Positions 1 through 10,026 of a DNA stretch of 64,000 nucleotides are shown piece after piece. The position numbers were made by a program, and so were the translations under genes. The stretch covers positions 497 to 64,496 of the forward strand of contig CAIJLJ010000099.1 of the NCBI GenBank assembly GCA_903821395.1. Reading direction: 5' to 3'. The stretch's first letter is position 1; the number at the start of each line of letters is the position of its first letter. The notes beneath the pieces are model-generated. The model was not told where the DNA came from. It did no database searches and was given only the letters and a program-made list of their open reading frames with translations. Source of the stretch: an uncultured Solirubrobacterales bacterium (lineage in GTDB: Bacteria > Actinomycetota > Thermoleophilia > Solirubrobacterales > Solirubrobacteraceae).

Positions 1-11
1 GCGTCGGTGGC

Positions 12-443
12 TTGAGCATGGGCCAGAGCTACCGCGTCGTCGTCACGCATCGCTGGCTATCGAAGCGCGGCTCTGTGATGAGGACCGCCGTTATCGCCTC
101 GCCATCCTGCGATCAGGTTGATGCCCGTCCCGATCTGGCGCTCAGCTTCGTTGGCGCTCGCTCGCTCAGCGGAGGGAAGACGCGCTACTCAGTGCTCGTC
201 CGAAACGTCGGCATGACTGCAGCGAGTGGTTTCAGTGTCGGAATGCGCATTAACTCTCTGGAGCTTCCAACAGCACGCGTTGTGTCACTTGGCGCGCACA
301 AATCGACGCTCGTTACGTTCGTCGCCGCGAGCTGCACGGCCGGCTCGACGCTTAGGTTTGAAGCCGACTTTTCGAAAGAGGTTGACGAGCTAAACGAAGG
401 CAACAACGTGGTCGGGACAGCCTGTCCGACCATGGGCGGCTAG
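12..443 (+). CDS. C-terminal part of a CARDB-like (cell-adhesion related, bacterial) domain protein; probably partial
   Basis: The frame stays open to the window edge (no in-frame stop at positions 3-11). The beta-rich sequence ends with the CARDB-type motif FSKEVDELNEGNNV. Confidence 0.45.
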   Translation: MSMGQSYRVVVTHRWLSKRGSVMRTAVIASPSCDQVDARPDLALSFVGARSLSGGKTRYSVLVRNVGMTAASGFSVGMRINSLELPTARVVSLGAHKSTLVTFVAASCTAGSTLRFEADFSKEVDELNEGNNVVGTACPTMGG

Positions 444-455
444 ACTTCTGCCTCG

Positions 456-671
456 ATGAAAACTGATCTGCACCCAGAGTACGTTGAGTCGCAAGTTCGT
501 TGCACCTGTGGCAACGAGTTCGTGACGCGCTCAACCGAGTCCGAAATCGGCGTTGAGATCTGCTCCGAATGCCACCCGTTCTACACCGGCCGTCAGAAGC
601 TGGTTGATACCGGTGGACGCGTTGAGCGCTTCCGTCGTCGCGCCGCTAAGCGCTCCGGCGTCGGTTCCTGA
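456..671 (+). CDS. rpmE: 50S ribosomal protein L31 (Zn-ribbon type)
   Basis: 71 aa. Motifs: [13 protein letters not shown]...[16 protein letters not shown]. Sits directly upstream of prfA. Confidence 0.95.
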   Translation: MKTDLHPEYVESQVRCTCGNEFVTRSTESEIGVEICSECHPFYTGRQKLVDTGGRVERFRRRAAKRSGVGS

Positions 672-682
672 CCGGGGCCACG

Positions 683-1711
683 GTGGCGACGGCGCAGACC
701 CCACCGGCTCCGGCGCTTGACGCTGAGCCAGCTGAGTGGGTAGCTACGCGTGACGCACCGATCGGTGGCCAGGCGGTCCTTGAAGGCGTGATGATGCGTG
801 GAGTTGGTGGCTGGGCCGTCGCGGTTAGGTCGCCGGCCCCCCACCAGATCGACGCAGAAGGCGAGCGGATCGATGCCAACGATCCTCCGACAGGTGAGAT
901 CAAAGTCGAAAGCACTCGCGTCAGCTCGGTCCTAGGTCGTCATCGCATTCTGCGCTTGCCGATCATTCGCGGCGTCGTGGCGCTAGGCGAGTCATTGCTG
1001 ATCGGCTTCCGCGCGCTCGGCATCTCAGCCAACGCACAGCTGCCGGAAGAAGAGGAGCCAATCTCGGGCTTCATGTGGGGGCTGACAATTCTGTTCTCGC
1101 TGGTGCTGGCAGTTGGGCTCTTCTTCATCGTGCCGGTCACGGCGACCAACCTGATCAAGGATCAGCTCCACTCGGCGTTCCTCTTCTGGCTCGTCGAAGG
1201 CCTTTTGCGGACGGCGATCTTCCTTGGCTACCTGATCCTGCTTTCGAAGCTGCGCGATCTACGCCGCACCTTTGAGTACCACGGCGCCGAGCACAAGACG
1301 ATCTCCTGCTACGAAGCCGGGCTTGAACTGACTCCTGAGAACGCCCAGCGCTTTTCACGCCTGCACCCGCGCTGCGGCACAAGCTTTCTGCTGATCGTGA
1401 TGATCGTCGCAATCTTTGTCTTCTCGCCGCTAGGAATGCTGCCTTGGTGGGCATTGATCGTGACGCGCATCGTGGGCATCCCGCTGATTGCGGGGATCTC
1501 ATTCGAGATCATCAAATTCGCCGGGCGCCACCGGACGCACAAGGCCGTCAGGGCATTGATCTGGCCAGGGCTGAAGCTGCAGCTCCTTACCACCAGAGAG
1601 CCGACCCTTGACCAGCTAGCCGTAGCGATCGTCTCGATCGAAGCAGTGCTCGCACTTGAGACTGGCGACGAAAGCAACGCCGACCTCGTCGGCGTTGAGA
1701 TCGCCGCTTAG
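683..1711 (+). CDS. DUF1385 family membrane protein
   Basis: GTG start. Motifs GGQAVLEGVMMRG, HGAEHKTI and HPRCGTSFLL, plus several hydrophobic helices. The rpmE/prfA neighbourhood is typical for this family. Confidence 0.8.
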   Translation: MATAQTPPAPALDAEPAEWVATRDAPIGGQAVLEGVMMRGVGGWAVAVRSPAPHQIDAEGERIDANDPPTGEIKVESTRVSSVLGRHRILRLPIIRGVVALGESLLIGFRALGISANAQLPEEEEPISGFMWGLTILFSLVLAVGLFFIVPVTATNLIKDQLHSAFLFWLVEGLLRTAIFLGYLILLSKLRDLRRTFEYHGAEHKTISCYEAGLELTPENAQRFSRLHPRCGTSFLLIVMIVAIFVFSPLGMLPWWALIVTRIVGIPLIAGISFEIIKFAGRHRTHKAVRALIWPGLKLQLLTTREPTLDQLAVAIVSIEAVLALETGDESNADLVGVEIAA

Positions 1712-1772
1712 CAGCCTCGATTGCGAAGCCGCAGGCTTGCCGCGCCCGCCGCGGCTAGCCTAGGCACGGCCG

Positions 1773-2825
1773 ATGATTGAGTCACTTGTTACCCAGATCG
1801 AAGCGCGCTTCGCCGAACTCTCTCGGGAAATCACCGACCCTGAGGTGATCGCCGACCGCGAACGCTATGCCCAAGTCGGCCGCGAATACAGCCGCCTTGA
1901 GCAGCCAGCCAAGCTGGCCGAGGCATGGCGCCGCGCAACCGACGATGCCGCAGGGGCGCAGGAGCTGATTGCCGAAGGCGGCGACGATGCTGAGGCCCAT
2001 GAGATGCTCACTCAGGCTCGCGAGCAGATCGAGCAGATTGAAGAAGAGCTGCGCCTCGCGATGGTCGAGACCGACCCTAACGACGGCAAGAACGTGATCA
2101 TCGAGATCCAGGGAGGCGCGGGAGGCGACGAGGCCGGGCTTTGGGCCGGCGACTGCTACCGGATGCTCGCCCGCTACGCAGAGCGGCTCGGGTTCAGTGT
2201 CGAGCCGCTCGAACTTAGTGAGGGCAAGTACACCTTCGCCGTGAAAGGCACCGGCGCCTACTCCGTCTTCAAGTTCGAAGGCGGCACGCACCGCGTTCAG
2301 CGCGTGCCGGAGACTGAATCGCAAGGTCGGATCCACACCAGCACTTCGACCGTTGCTGTGCTGCCGGAGGCCGAGGAGGTGGACATTCAGATCGATCAGA
2401 ACGACCTTCAGGTTGACGTCTACCGCTCATCAGGTCCAGGCGGTCAGTCGGTCAACACCACTGATTCCGCGGTTCGCATCACCCACAAGCCGACCGGGGT
2501 AGTGGTTTCGATGCAGGACGAGAAGAGCCAGCTTCAAAACCGTGAGAAGGCGCTCCGCGTCCTTCGTGCGCGGCTCTATGAGCGCGCAATGGCTGAGCAG
2601 AACGCGGAGATCGCTGCCGACCGCCGCTCGCAGGTTGGCAGCGGTGAGCGCTCCGAGAAGATTCGCACCTACAACTTCCCTGATCGCCGCGTTACAGACC
2701 ACCGCGTCAAGGTTACGGTTCACGATCTTGACGCCGTGTTAGAAGGGCAGTTGGACGAGTTGACGGCGGCCCTGCAGGCAGATGAGAAGAGCCGTCTGCT
2801 CGAAGCGCAGGCCACGCAGACCTGA
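1773..2825 (+). CDS. prfA: peptide chain release factor 1
   Basis: GGQ motif (SGPGGQSVNTTDSAVRITH). RF1-type PxT tripeptide (RVPETESQGRIHTS). Confidence 0.97.
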   Translation: MIESLVTQIEARFAELSREITDPEVIADRERYAQVGREYSRLEQPAKLAEAWRRATDDAAGAQELIAEGGDDAEAHEMLTQAREQIEQIEEELRLAMVETDPNDGKNVIIEIQGGAGGDEAGLWAGDCYRMLARYAERLGFSVEPLELSEGKYTFAVKGTGAYSVFKFEGGTHRVQRVPETESQGRIHTSTSTVAVLPEAEEVDIQIDQNDLQVDVYRSSGPGGQSVNTTDSAVRITHKPTGVVVSMQDEKSQLQNREKALRVLRARLYERAMAEQNAEIAADRRSQVGSGERSEKIRTYNFPDRRVTDHRVKVTVHDLDAVLEGQLDELTAALQADEKSRLLEAQATQT

Positions 2826-3655
2826 TGCGAGGGGTTACCGTCGCCGATGCCCTCGACGGCGCTCGCACGGCGATCGCAGCGTCAGGCAGCGACTCGGCCG
2901 CGCTCGACGCTGAGCTATTGCTGGCTCATGCGCTCGGAGTAAACCGCGCCGCACTGATCATCGACCCGGAGCGCGAGGTCTTGGGCCCGCCTGTGCGCGT
3001 ATTTCAAGACTTGGTTCGCCGCCGATCTGTCGGCCGCGAGCCGGTCGCCTACCTCCTCGCCCGAAAGGGCTTCCGCTCGATCGACCTGAGCGTAGATTCG
3101 CGCGTGCTGATTCCTAGGCCCGAGACCGAACTGCTGGTCGAGCTCGCGCTCGAGCTGCCAGCGCGCTCGCGCGTGCTCGATGTTGGCAGCGGCAGTGGCG
3201 CGATTGCGCTGGCGCTCAAGCACGAGCGCCCGGACTTGTCGGTCACCGGAGCAGACATCAGTACAGAGGCGCTCGAGGTGGCCCGTACCAATGCAGAGCG
3301 GCTCCAATTAGAGGTTGAGTTTCTGGAGGCCGATCTGCTGACCGGGCTGGGAGGGGGATGGGACGCAATTCTCTCGAACCCTCCTTACATCGCCGAGGTC
3401 GAGCGGCAGAACTTGCCGCCCGACGTGATCGGCCACGAGCCGGAGCTAGCGCTGATGGCGGGCGCCGACGGCCTCGACGTAATCCGCCCGCTGGTTGCCT
3501 CGGCTGGGCAGAGCGAGGCGCGCTTCTTGGCGATCGAATTAGGAGCTGGCCAGGCAGGCACCGTAGCTGAGCTCGTTGCGGCGGCCGGATTCACAGGCGT
3601 CGACGTTCATGCCGACCTAGCTGGAATTGAGCGCGTAGTCTTAGGCCAGAGATGA
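2825..3655 (+). CDS. prmC: release factor glutamine N5-methyltransferase
   Basis: NPPY motif (LSNPPYI) and SAM-binding VLDVGSGSGAIAL. The start overlaps the prfA stop (TGATG). Confidence 0.92.
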   Translation: MRGVTVADALDGARTAIAASGSDSAALDAELLLAHALGVNRAALIIDPEREVLGPPVRVFQDLVRRRSVGREPVAYLLARKGFRSIDLSVDSRVLIPRPETELLVELALELPARSRVLDVGSGSGAIALALKHERPDLSVTGADISTEALEVARTNAERLQLEVEFLEADLLTGLGGGWDAILSNPPYIAEVERQNLPPDVIGHEPELALMAGADGLDVIRPLVASAGQSEARFLAIELGAGQAGTVAELVAAAGFTGVDVHADLAGIERVVLGQR

Positions 3656-4278
3656 GCGAGCCACCATTGACGCCTGAGCAGGCGGATGTGTTCTCCCGCT
3701 GCATGGCGGTCGGCGGTGTTGCCGTGTTCCCCTCAGACACGGTCTACGGCCTTGCATGCGATCCGGGGCAACGTGAAGCAGTACTGAGGCTTTACGGCCT
3801 GAAGCGGCGCTCGTTGGACGCTCCATCAGCGGTGATGTTCTTCTCGCTTGAGCTGGCTTTAGAAGCGTTGCCTGAGCTCGGTCCGAAGACGCGTGCGGCG
3901 TTGGAGCTGCTGCTGCCGGGGCCATTGACTTTGCTGCTCAGCAATCCGGCTGGCCGTTTTCCGCTGGCCTGCGGTTCTGACCCGGCGACTCTCGGGCTGC
4001 GCGTCCCGAAGCTCGATCGCCAGCTCGCTGCGCTGAGCGAGTTCAAGTGGCCGATCCTTCAGAGCAGCGCCAACCACGCCACCGAGCCGGCTCCCAACTC
4101 ACTCGCCGAGCTCGAGCCCACGATCCGTGATGAAGTTGACTTAGTGCTCGACGCAGGGCCGCTCGGAGGTCAAGCTTCAAGCGTCCTCGACCTGCGCAGC
4201 TACGAGCTCGACGGCAGCTGGCAGCTGCTGCGAGAAGGGCCACTTGGTCACGAGCAAATCAAGGCCTTACTCGGCTAA
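3652..4278 (+). CDS. tsaC: L-threonylcarbamoyladenylate synthase (YrdC/Sua5/YwlC family)
   Basis: 208 aa. YrdC-like sequence (VAVFPSDTVYGLACDP ... LGLRVP ... SSANHATEP). Overlaps prmC by 4 nt. Position between prmC and glyA is conserved. Confidence 0.85.
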   Translation: MSEPPLTPEQADVFSRCMAVGGVAVFPSDTVYGLACDPGQREAVLRLYGLKRRSLDAPSAVMFFSLELALEALPELGPKTRAALELLLPGPLTLLLSNPAGRFPLACGSDPATLGLRVPKLDRQLAALSEFKWPILQSSANHATEPAPNSLAELEPTIRDEVDLVLDAGPLGGQASSVLDLRSYELDGSWQLLREGPLGHEQIKALLG

Positions 4279-4329
4279 AGCAGCTCTCGAACCGCAGTCG
4301 TTGCGCGCGACGATTAGAATTGCCCCACT

Positions 4330-5619
4330 ATGGCTCAATTCGCCCCCGATTTCCTAAACCGTCCACTATCTGAAGTTGACCCTCAGATCGCCACCGTCCT
4401 AGCGCAGGAGGTTGGTCGTCAGCAGCAAACGCTTGAGATGATTGCCTCCGAAAACTTCGTTCCCGAGGCAATCCTTGAGTGCCAGGGGAGCGTGCTTACA
4501 AATAAGTACGCCGAGGGGTACCCCGGCAAGCGCTACTACGGCGGCTGCGAGTTTGTTGACGTCGCCGAGCAGCTTGCAATTGACCGCGCGAAAGCGCTCT
4601 TCGGGGCCGACCATGCAAACGTGCAGCCACATTCGGGCGCTTCGGCCAACGCTGCGGTCTACCACGCACTGCTAAAGCCGGGCGACACGCTGATGGGGCT
4701 CTCGCTTGCGCACGGTGGTCACCTGAGCCACGGAATGAAGATCAACATGTCGGGGCGGCTCTATGACATAGCCGCCTACGAGGTTAGTCCTGAGGACTAT
4801 CTGATCGACATGGACGCAGTCGCCGAGCTTGCTCGTGAGCGCCAGCCAAAGATGATCATTGCCGGCTGGTCGGCATATCCACGCTATCTGGATTTTGAGC
4901 GGTTCCGGGAGATTGCCGACGAGGTCGGTGCGCTGCTGCTCGTTGACATGGCGCACTTTGCTGGCCTCGTGGCCGGTGGCGTCCATCCAAGCCCGGTGCC
5001 GTACGCCGACGTCGTCACGACGACGGTTCACAAGACGCTCGGCGGCTCGCGCGGGGGAATGATCCTCTGCCGCGAGGAGCACGCTAAAGCGATCGACTCC
5101 GGCGTCTTCCCCGGGCAGCAGGGTGGGCCGTTGATGCACATCATCGCCGGCAAGGCCGTTGCGCTCGGGATCGCTCAGACGGAGGAGTTCCGCGAGCGCC
5201 AAGTTCGGACTGTTGAGGGCGCCCGGGCGGTTGCCGATGCGATCCTTGAATCGGCTGCGGCCGCTGAGGGCGTCACGGTGCTCACCGGCGGAACCGATGT
5301 GCACCTAGTTCTGGTTGATCTGCGTGATTCCAAGATCGACGGCCAGCAGGCGGAGGATCGACTCGATGAGATCGGCATCACCGTCAATCGCAACGCGGTC
5401 CCATTTGACCCGCGCCCGCCGATGGTCACCAGCGGACTGCGGATCGGAGCCAGCGCACTCGCCACTCGCGGGCTTCAGGTTGAGGACTTCAGCGAGATCG
5501 GCCAAGTGATCTCGATTGCCTTAACCGACGAATTTGAAAGCCGCCGCCCTGAGTTGGCCGAGCGCGTGACCGTGCTCGCCGACCGCTACCCGCTCTACGA
5601 GCACCTAACTCCTGCCTAA
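4330..5619 (+). CDS. glyA: serine hydroxymethyltransferase
   Basis: 429 aa. Motifs [21 protein letters not shown], and the PLP-lysine motif [14 protein letters not shown]. Confidence 0.97.
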   Translation: MAQFAPDFLNRPLSEVDPQIATVLAQEVGRQQQTLEMIASENFVPEAILECQGSVLTNKYAEGYPGKRYYGGCEFVDVAEQLAIDRAKALFGADHANVQPHSGASANAAVYHALLKPGDTLMGLSLAHGGHLSHGMKINMSGRLYDIAAYEVSPEDYLIDMDAVAELARERQPKMIIAGWSAYPRYLDFERFREIADEVGALLLVDMAHFAGLVAGGVHPSPVPYADVVTTTVHKTLGGSRGGMILCREEHAKAIDSGVFPGQQGGPLMHIIAGKAVALGIAQTEEFRERQVRTVEGARAVADAILESAAAAEGVTVLTGGTDVHLVLVDLRDSKIDGQQAEDRLDEIGITVNRNAVPFDPRPPMVTSGLRIGASALATRGLQVEDFSEIGQVISIALTDEFESRRPELAERVTVLADRYPLYEHLTPA

Positions 5620-5664
5620 TCGAGCTGCGCGCCGAGTAGCAAAGCGCTTTAGGCTTGGCCACTA

Positions 5665-6858
5665 ATGACCGAGCGCGACGCGATCCTTGGCTTCGTCGTT
5701 GCCTTTTTTGTCGCCGTCGCGCTGACACCTCTGACCGCGAGGCTTGGGCGCCGAGTCGGCGCCGTTGATCAGCCGCGCGAGCGCGGCCTCTCCGAGAACC
5801 CAACGCCGCTCCTTGGCGGACTCGCGATCCTCGCCGCGGTGTTGGTGGCAAGCCTGATCTTTCTCGATCCGTGGGCGGGCCCCGATGAGAAGATCCGCGG
5901 CATTCTTGCCGGCGCGATCGTCATCACGCTGGTCGGGGCACTGGACGACCGCTTCGATCTGCCTCCGGTCATCAAGTTCATCGGTCAGATCATCGCCGCG
6001 ACGATCCCGGTTCTTGCGGGCATTGAAGTCGCAAACATCACCTTGCCGTTTGTCGGCGCCGTCGACTTAGGCGCAGCGGGAGCGCCCCTGACCGTGCTTG
6101 GCATCGTCTTTGTGATCAACGTCGTCAATTTCTCCGACGGTGTCGATGGTCTCGCGGCAGGGGTTTGCGCGATCAGCGCCGTCGCCTTCTCGATCATCGC
6201 CTTCGATCTCGGGCGCGGCTCGGCAGCGGTGCTGGCCGCAATCGTCGCCGGCTCGGCTGCCGGTTTCCTTGTCTTCAACTTCCATCCGGCAAAGGTCTTC
6301 ATGGGTGACGCGGGCTCCAACCTGCTGGGGCTGCTGCTCGGCTGTGTTGCCGTCGAGGGGGCGGTTAAGACCCAAGTCGTGCTAGCGCTCGTCTTTCCAC
6401 TGCTTGTGCTTGCGGTGCCGTTCCTCGACACAACATTCGTTGTGCTCAAGCGCCTCAAGTATGGGCGGCCGGTCTACGTTGCCGACCAGAGCCACTTTCA
6501 CCATCGCATGAATCGGATCGGCTTCAGCCAGCGCAAGACCGTGCTCTACCTCTATGCCTGGACGATCCTGATTGCGGGCTTCGCCGTCGCTCTCCGATTC
6601 GTTCCGTACTCAAACCATTCTGGCGAGCTGCACATTGGCTGGGCGCTGGTGATGTTTGCTGCTGGGTTGGTGGTGCTGGCGGCAAGCGTCTATCTCATCT
6701 ACGTCCTCGAGATCCTCAAGTTTCGCCGTTTGCGTGAGCGTCGTCTCCGCGGAGTCGACCCGCAACTCTCTGAAGATGAGCTGGCTCGCGACGTTGTGAC
6801 GAAACTCGAGACCGGCCAGTTCGACGTCGTTGACTTGGATCAGGGCGACTCGAGTTAG
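5665..6858 (+). CDS. MraY/WecA-family polyprenyl-phosphate N-acetylhexosamine-1-phosphate transferase
   Basis: Polytopic membrane protein. Motifs GALDDRFDL, NFSDGVDGLA, VFMGDAGSN. Sits in the usual actinobacterial position upstream of the atp operon. Confidence 0.85.
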   Translation: MTERDAILGFVVAFFVAVALTPLTARLGRRVGAVDQPRERGLSENPTPLLGGLAILAAVLVASLIFLDPWAGPDEKIRGILAGAIVITLVGALDDRFDLPPVIKFIGQIIAATIPVLAGIEVANITLPFVGAVDLGAAGAPLTVLGIVFVINVVNFSDGVDGLAAGVCAISAVAFSIIAFDLGRGSAAVLAAIVAGSAAGFLVFNFHPAKVFMGDAGSNLLGLLLGCVAVEGAVKTQVVLALVFPLLVLAVPFLDTTFVVLKRLKYGRPVYVADQSHFHHRMNRIGFSQRKTVLYLYAWTILIAGFAVALRFVPYSNHSGELHIGWALVMFAAGLVVLAASVYLIYVLEILKFRRLRERRLRGVDPQLSEDELARDVVTKLETGQFDVVDLDQGDSS

Positions 6859-7472
6859 CTCGAGCCGTAGATCGCCCGAACCCAAATCTCTACGAGCGCG
6901 GTTATCAGTTCGTCGTCGGCGCGCCCGCCTTGTTGGAGGATTCGCTGGTTGAATACGCCTTCTGCCATCCACGTGAGCGCAAACGCTGTCGCCGCTGGGC
7001 TCGCGCAGGTTGCCCTCCCGTCGGCCTGCTCATCAGTTATTCGCTGCTCTGTTGCCTCAACAAACTCACCGATTAGTCGCTGCCAATGCTCGGCGACCTG
7101 CTCGTCATAGGCGGCGACCTCGCCGAGGGCCTTAAGTAGGACGGCGTGCTCGCCAAATAGCTCAGCGACGCCCTTGAGTGCGCGTTCCAAGCGGATTGCC
7201 GGCTCACCATCGCCCGACCACCAGATCAGGGCTTGCTCAAGGAGGAGCTGATTGACGTCGGCCGTCAATGCCATCAGCAATTCGGTCTTGTCGGCGAAGT
7301 AGAAGTAGAACGCGGTCCGTGTGATTCCGGCCTGCTTGGCGATCCGTTCGACGCCGAGGTCGGCGAACGAGGCTCCTTCAGCGAGTAGCGTTTCGGTCGC
7401 TTCGAGTAGCGCGGCCTCGACGGCGGCCCGCTTTGCGGTCGGCGCGGTGCTTTTTCTCAGTGGTACGACCAT
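6855..7472 (-). CDS. TetR family transcriptional regulator
   Basis: N-terminal HTH (VERIAKQAGITRTAFYFYFADKTELL). 205 aa. Divergent from the hydrolase gene at 7575. Confidence 0.85.
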   Translation of the reverse strand: MVVPLRKSTAPTAKRAAVEAALLEATETLLAEGASFADLGVERIAKQAGITRTAFYFYFADKTELLMALTADVNQLLLEQALIWWSGDGEPAIRLERALKGVAELFGEHAVLLKALGEVAAYDEQVAEHWQRLIGEFVEATEQRITDEQADGRATCASPAATAFALTWMAEGVFNQRILQQGGRADDELITALVEIWVRAIYGSS

Positions 7473-7574
7473 CCCGGCGAGGCTACCAGCGAATCGGCCT
7501 GAATTCCTTGCTCGTGACGGCTCTTAGGTCGGCACTAGCGGCGGCCGTCCTACCCGCCCCTTACGGTTCTGCCG

Positions 7575-8378
7575 ATGGCAAATGACCACGGCCCTGAAAT
7601 GTGGCGTGAGGGCCGTGGCGCCGCCGAAGCGTTCGCGCTGTTGCGCAGCTCACTTTGGCGTGGCCAAGGAGTGGCGCACGGCAATGGCCAGCCGGTGATG
7701 TTGATCCCAGGCTTTCTGGCCGGCGACCGTTCGCTCGCGTTGATGGGGCAGTGGCTGCGGCGGATCGGTTACCGCACACATGGATCAGGGATCACCGCTC
7801 ACGTTGGCTGCTCGGAAGAGACGGTCAGCCAGATTGAGCAGCGGGTGATCGCACTTAGCGAGCGGTACGGCCAGCCGGTTGCGCTGATCGGTCAAAGTCG
7901 CGGCGGGAGCTGCGCGCGCGTGCTTGCCGTGCGTCAGCCTGATCGCATCAACCGCGTGATCGGGCTCGGGTCGCCATTGGTTGCGCAGATGGAGGACTTC
8001 CACGTGCTGCTGCGGCTCCAGATCCGCGCGCTGCAGGGAGCTCAGCGCCTCGGCGCGCCCGGCTTGATCGGCGAAGCCTGCGAACGGAGCTGGCAGGCGT
8101 ACAGCTTCGGTCTTGAGCCGACCGGGTGCTGCAGCCAGTTCTGGAGCGACCTCGATGAGGACATGCCCAAGCGCACACTCTTTGCCTCGATTTATTCGCG
8201 CAGCGATGGGGTACTCAACTGGCGCGCGTGTCTCGACCCGCAGGCGCTCCACGTTGAGGTCAACAGCTCGCACTGCGGGATGGCGGTTAACCGCGAGGTC
8301 TATCGGCAGATTGGCGATCTGCTCGCCGTTGAACTGGCTGGCGGTGCGCGCCAGCGACTGCGCGCTGTCGCGGCCTGA
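7575..8378 (+). CDS. alpha/beta-hydrolase fold protein (lipase/esterase-like)
   Basis: VMLIPGFLAGD oxyanion-type segment and nucleophile elbow ALIGQSRGG (G-x-S-x-G). 267 aa. Confidence 0.6.
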   Translation: MANDHGPEMWREGRGAAEAFALLRSSLWRGQGVAHGNGQPVMLIPGFLAGDRSLALMGQWLRRIGYRTHGSGITAHVGCSEETVSQIEQRVIALSERYGQPVALIGQSRGGSCARVLAVRQPDRINRVIGLGSPLVAQMEDFHVLLRLQIRALQGAQRLGAPGLIGEACERSWQAYSFGLEPTGCCSQFWSDLDEDMPKRTLFASIYSRSDGVLNWRACLDPQALHVEVNSSHCGMAVNREVYRQIGDLLAVELAGGARQRLRAVAA

Positions 8379-8443
8379 TCCCCCGATTAAGCCGATAGTG
8401 GCAGGCGTTACGAAGTGCTACGGGCAGGCGGCAGTGCCGCGCG

Positions 8444-8737
8444 ATGCGATACGCTCGGCCCACTTGCGGCGAGTCACCCTCCCGGCAAGAACTCGCCAAA
8501 ATGCCCCTCACCGCCACGACCTACCTAGCCTCCGCCATCAGCGAGCAACCATCAAAGCCCACGATGCGCGCCGCCAACGCTGGCTTCATGCTGCTCGTTG
8601 TGATCTGCCTCTGCGCACTTGCCGGTTATGCGCTCGGCTCGTTGGTCGGACTACCAATCGCGATCGGTCTGGCGGGTCTAATCATCGGCCCGATAGTTGG
8701 AATCGCCTTCGTTCGCTCGCGCTTTCGTGACCTCTAA
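8444..8737 (+). CDS. small membrane protein, AtpZ/AtpI-like (putative F0F1 accessory subunit); start uncertain (ATG 8501 plausible)
   Basis: Two hydrophobic helices (FMLLVVICLCALAGYALG, GLAGLIIGPIVGIAFV). Lies immediately upstream of atpI/atpB. Confidence 0.5.
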   Translation: MRYARPTCGESPSRQELAKMPLTATTYLASAISEQPSKPTMRAANAGFMLLVVICLCALAGYALGSLVGLPIAIGLAGLIIGPIVGIAFVRSRFRDL

Positions 8738-8741
8738 GTAG

Positions 8742-9110
8742 ATGCCTTACCTGCGACACGCCGATCTGATCCTGCTTGCAGTCGCGCTGCCGGTCTTCCT
8801 GCTCGCTGGCTGGCCGATGCTCGGCTACCTCGGCGGAGCATTTGCTTGGTGCGCGCAGCGCGCGGTTCAAGCTTGGACCAACAAGAAGGCGTTGGAGTCA
8901 GACAACCCTGCTCGAGTTGCCGGCATCGTTACCGGGTCGATGATCGGCCGGGGCTGGCTGGTCGCACTCTCGATCTTCGGCGTTGGAATGATCGAGAACG
9001 ACGCTGGGCTCGCCGCTGGCGTGCTCTTCGTCATCGTCTTCACCCTCTACTTCACGATCTCGATCGCAACGCGGCCGTTCGATCAACCGAAGACAGGCTC
9101 AGCGGCATGA
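8742..9110 (+). CDS. atpI: ATP synthase protein I-like membrane protein
   Basis: 122 aa with four hydrophobic segments. Its stop overlaps the atpB start (ATGA at 9107-9110). Confidence 0.6.
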   Translation: MPYLRHADLILLAVALPVFLLAGWPMLGYLGGAFAWCAQRAVQAWTNKKALESDNPARVAGIVTGSMIGRGWLVALSIFGVGMIENDAGLAAGVLFVIVFTLYFTISIATRPFDQPKTGSAA

Positions 9111-10012
9111 TCAAGACGCGCCTCTTCGTTGCCGCCACGACCTTGGCCGCTGTGCTCGCCTCGCCGGCCGGCGCCTTCGCGCTGAACGTCAACGAGAGCT
9201 ACCACCCGCAGGACGAGTTTGAGCTCGTGCCGTGGGTCAACATCGAAATCTTTGGCATCGACATGTCGATCAACAAGGCCGTGATGTACGTCATCATCGC
9301 TGCCACCCTCTCCTGCGTGACGCTGATCTACGTCGGCCACCGGATGAAGATGAAGCCGGGGCGCATTCAGGCCGCAGTTGAGATGTATTACGGACTTATC
9401 GAGAGCATCACTAAGGGCAACCTCAGCGGGAAAATGATCAATCGCTGGTTCCCGTTCCTGGCCACGATCTTCCTCTTCATCTGGTACTCGAACATGATCG
9501 GCTACATCCCGCTGCCGACGAACACGCTCGAGCCATTCACGATCTTCGGCCTCGAGATTCCGTCGCTTGCCCTCTACGCGGCGACAGCCAACATCTCGGT
9601 TCCGCTCGTCCTAACGCTCGTAGTGGTAATCAGCTACCACTTCGAGGGCATTCGAGCAAAAGGCCCAATCAAGTACCTGAAGGGCTGGGTACCTGCTGGA
9701 GTTACCGGCCCAGCGGCGGTCCCGATCTTCTTCATCGAAGTGATCTCGCAGTTCGTGCGGATCGTTTCGCTCTCAGTCCGTCTTTTCGCCAACATCCTCG
9801 CCGGCCACCTCTTGATCCTGTTTATGGGCGGCGGCCTAGTGGTGCTGCTCAACTTGGCGCTCATAGGGTCACTGATTCTTGGTCTCGTGACCGGTACGCT
9901 GGCCGTAGCCTTCTTCATCTTTGAGGTTGGCCTTGTGGCAACACTTCAAGCCTTTATCTTCACCATCCTGGCAGCGATCTACCTCGGCGGCGCCGTCGCC
10001 GAAGAACACTAA
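9107..10012 (+). CDS. atpB: F0F1 ATP synthase subunit a
   Basis: Internal ATG (MIKTRLF...) of track ORF 8846..10012, coupled to the atpI stop. Conserved Arg motif LSVRLFANILAGH. Confidence 0.9.
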   Translation: MIKTRLFVAATTLAAVLASPAGAFALNVNESYHPQDEFELVPWVNIEIFGIDMSINKAVMYVIIAATLSCVTLIYVGHRMKMKPGRIQAAVEMYYGLIESITKGNLSGKMINRWFPFLATIFLFIWYSNMIGYIPLPTNTLEPFTIFGLEIPSLALYAATANISVPLVLTLVVVISYHFEGIRAKGPIKYLKGWVPAGVTGPAAVPIFFIEVISQFVRIVSLSVRLFANILAGHLLILFMGGGLVVLLNLALIGSLILGLVTGTLAVAFFIFEVGLVATLQAFIFTILAAIYLGGAVAEEH

Positions 10013-10026
10013 GGAGCAAGAACACA

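Noticed and set aside
8846-9106. 87-codon N-terminal extension of atpB in the ORF track.
   Set aside because: It overlaps atpI in another frame and is Arg-rich. ATG 9107 is coupled to the atpI stop and starts a signal-like, typical subunit-a N-terminus.
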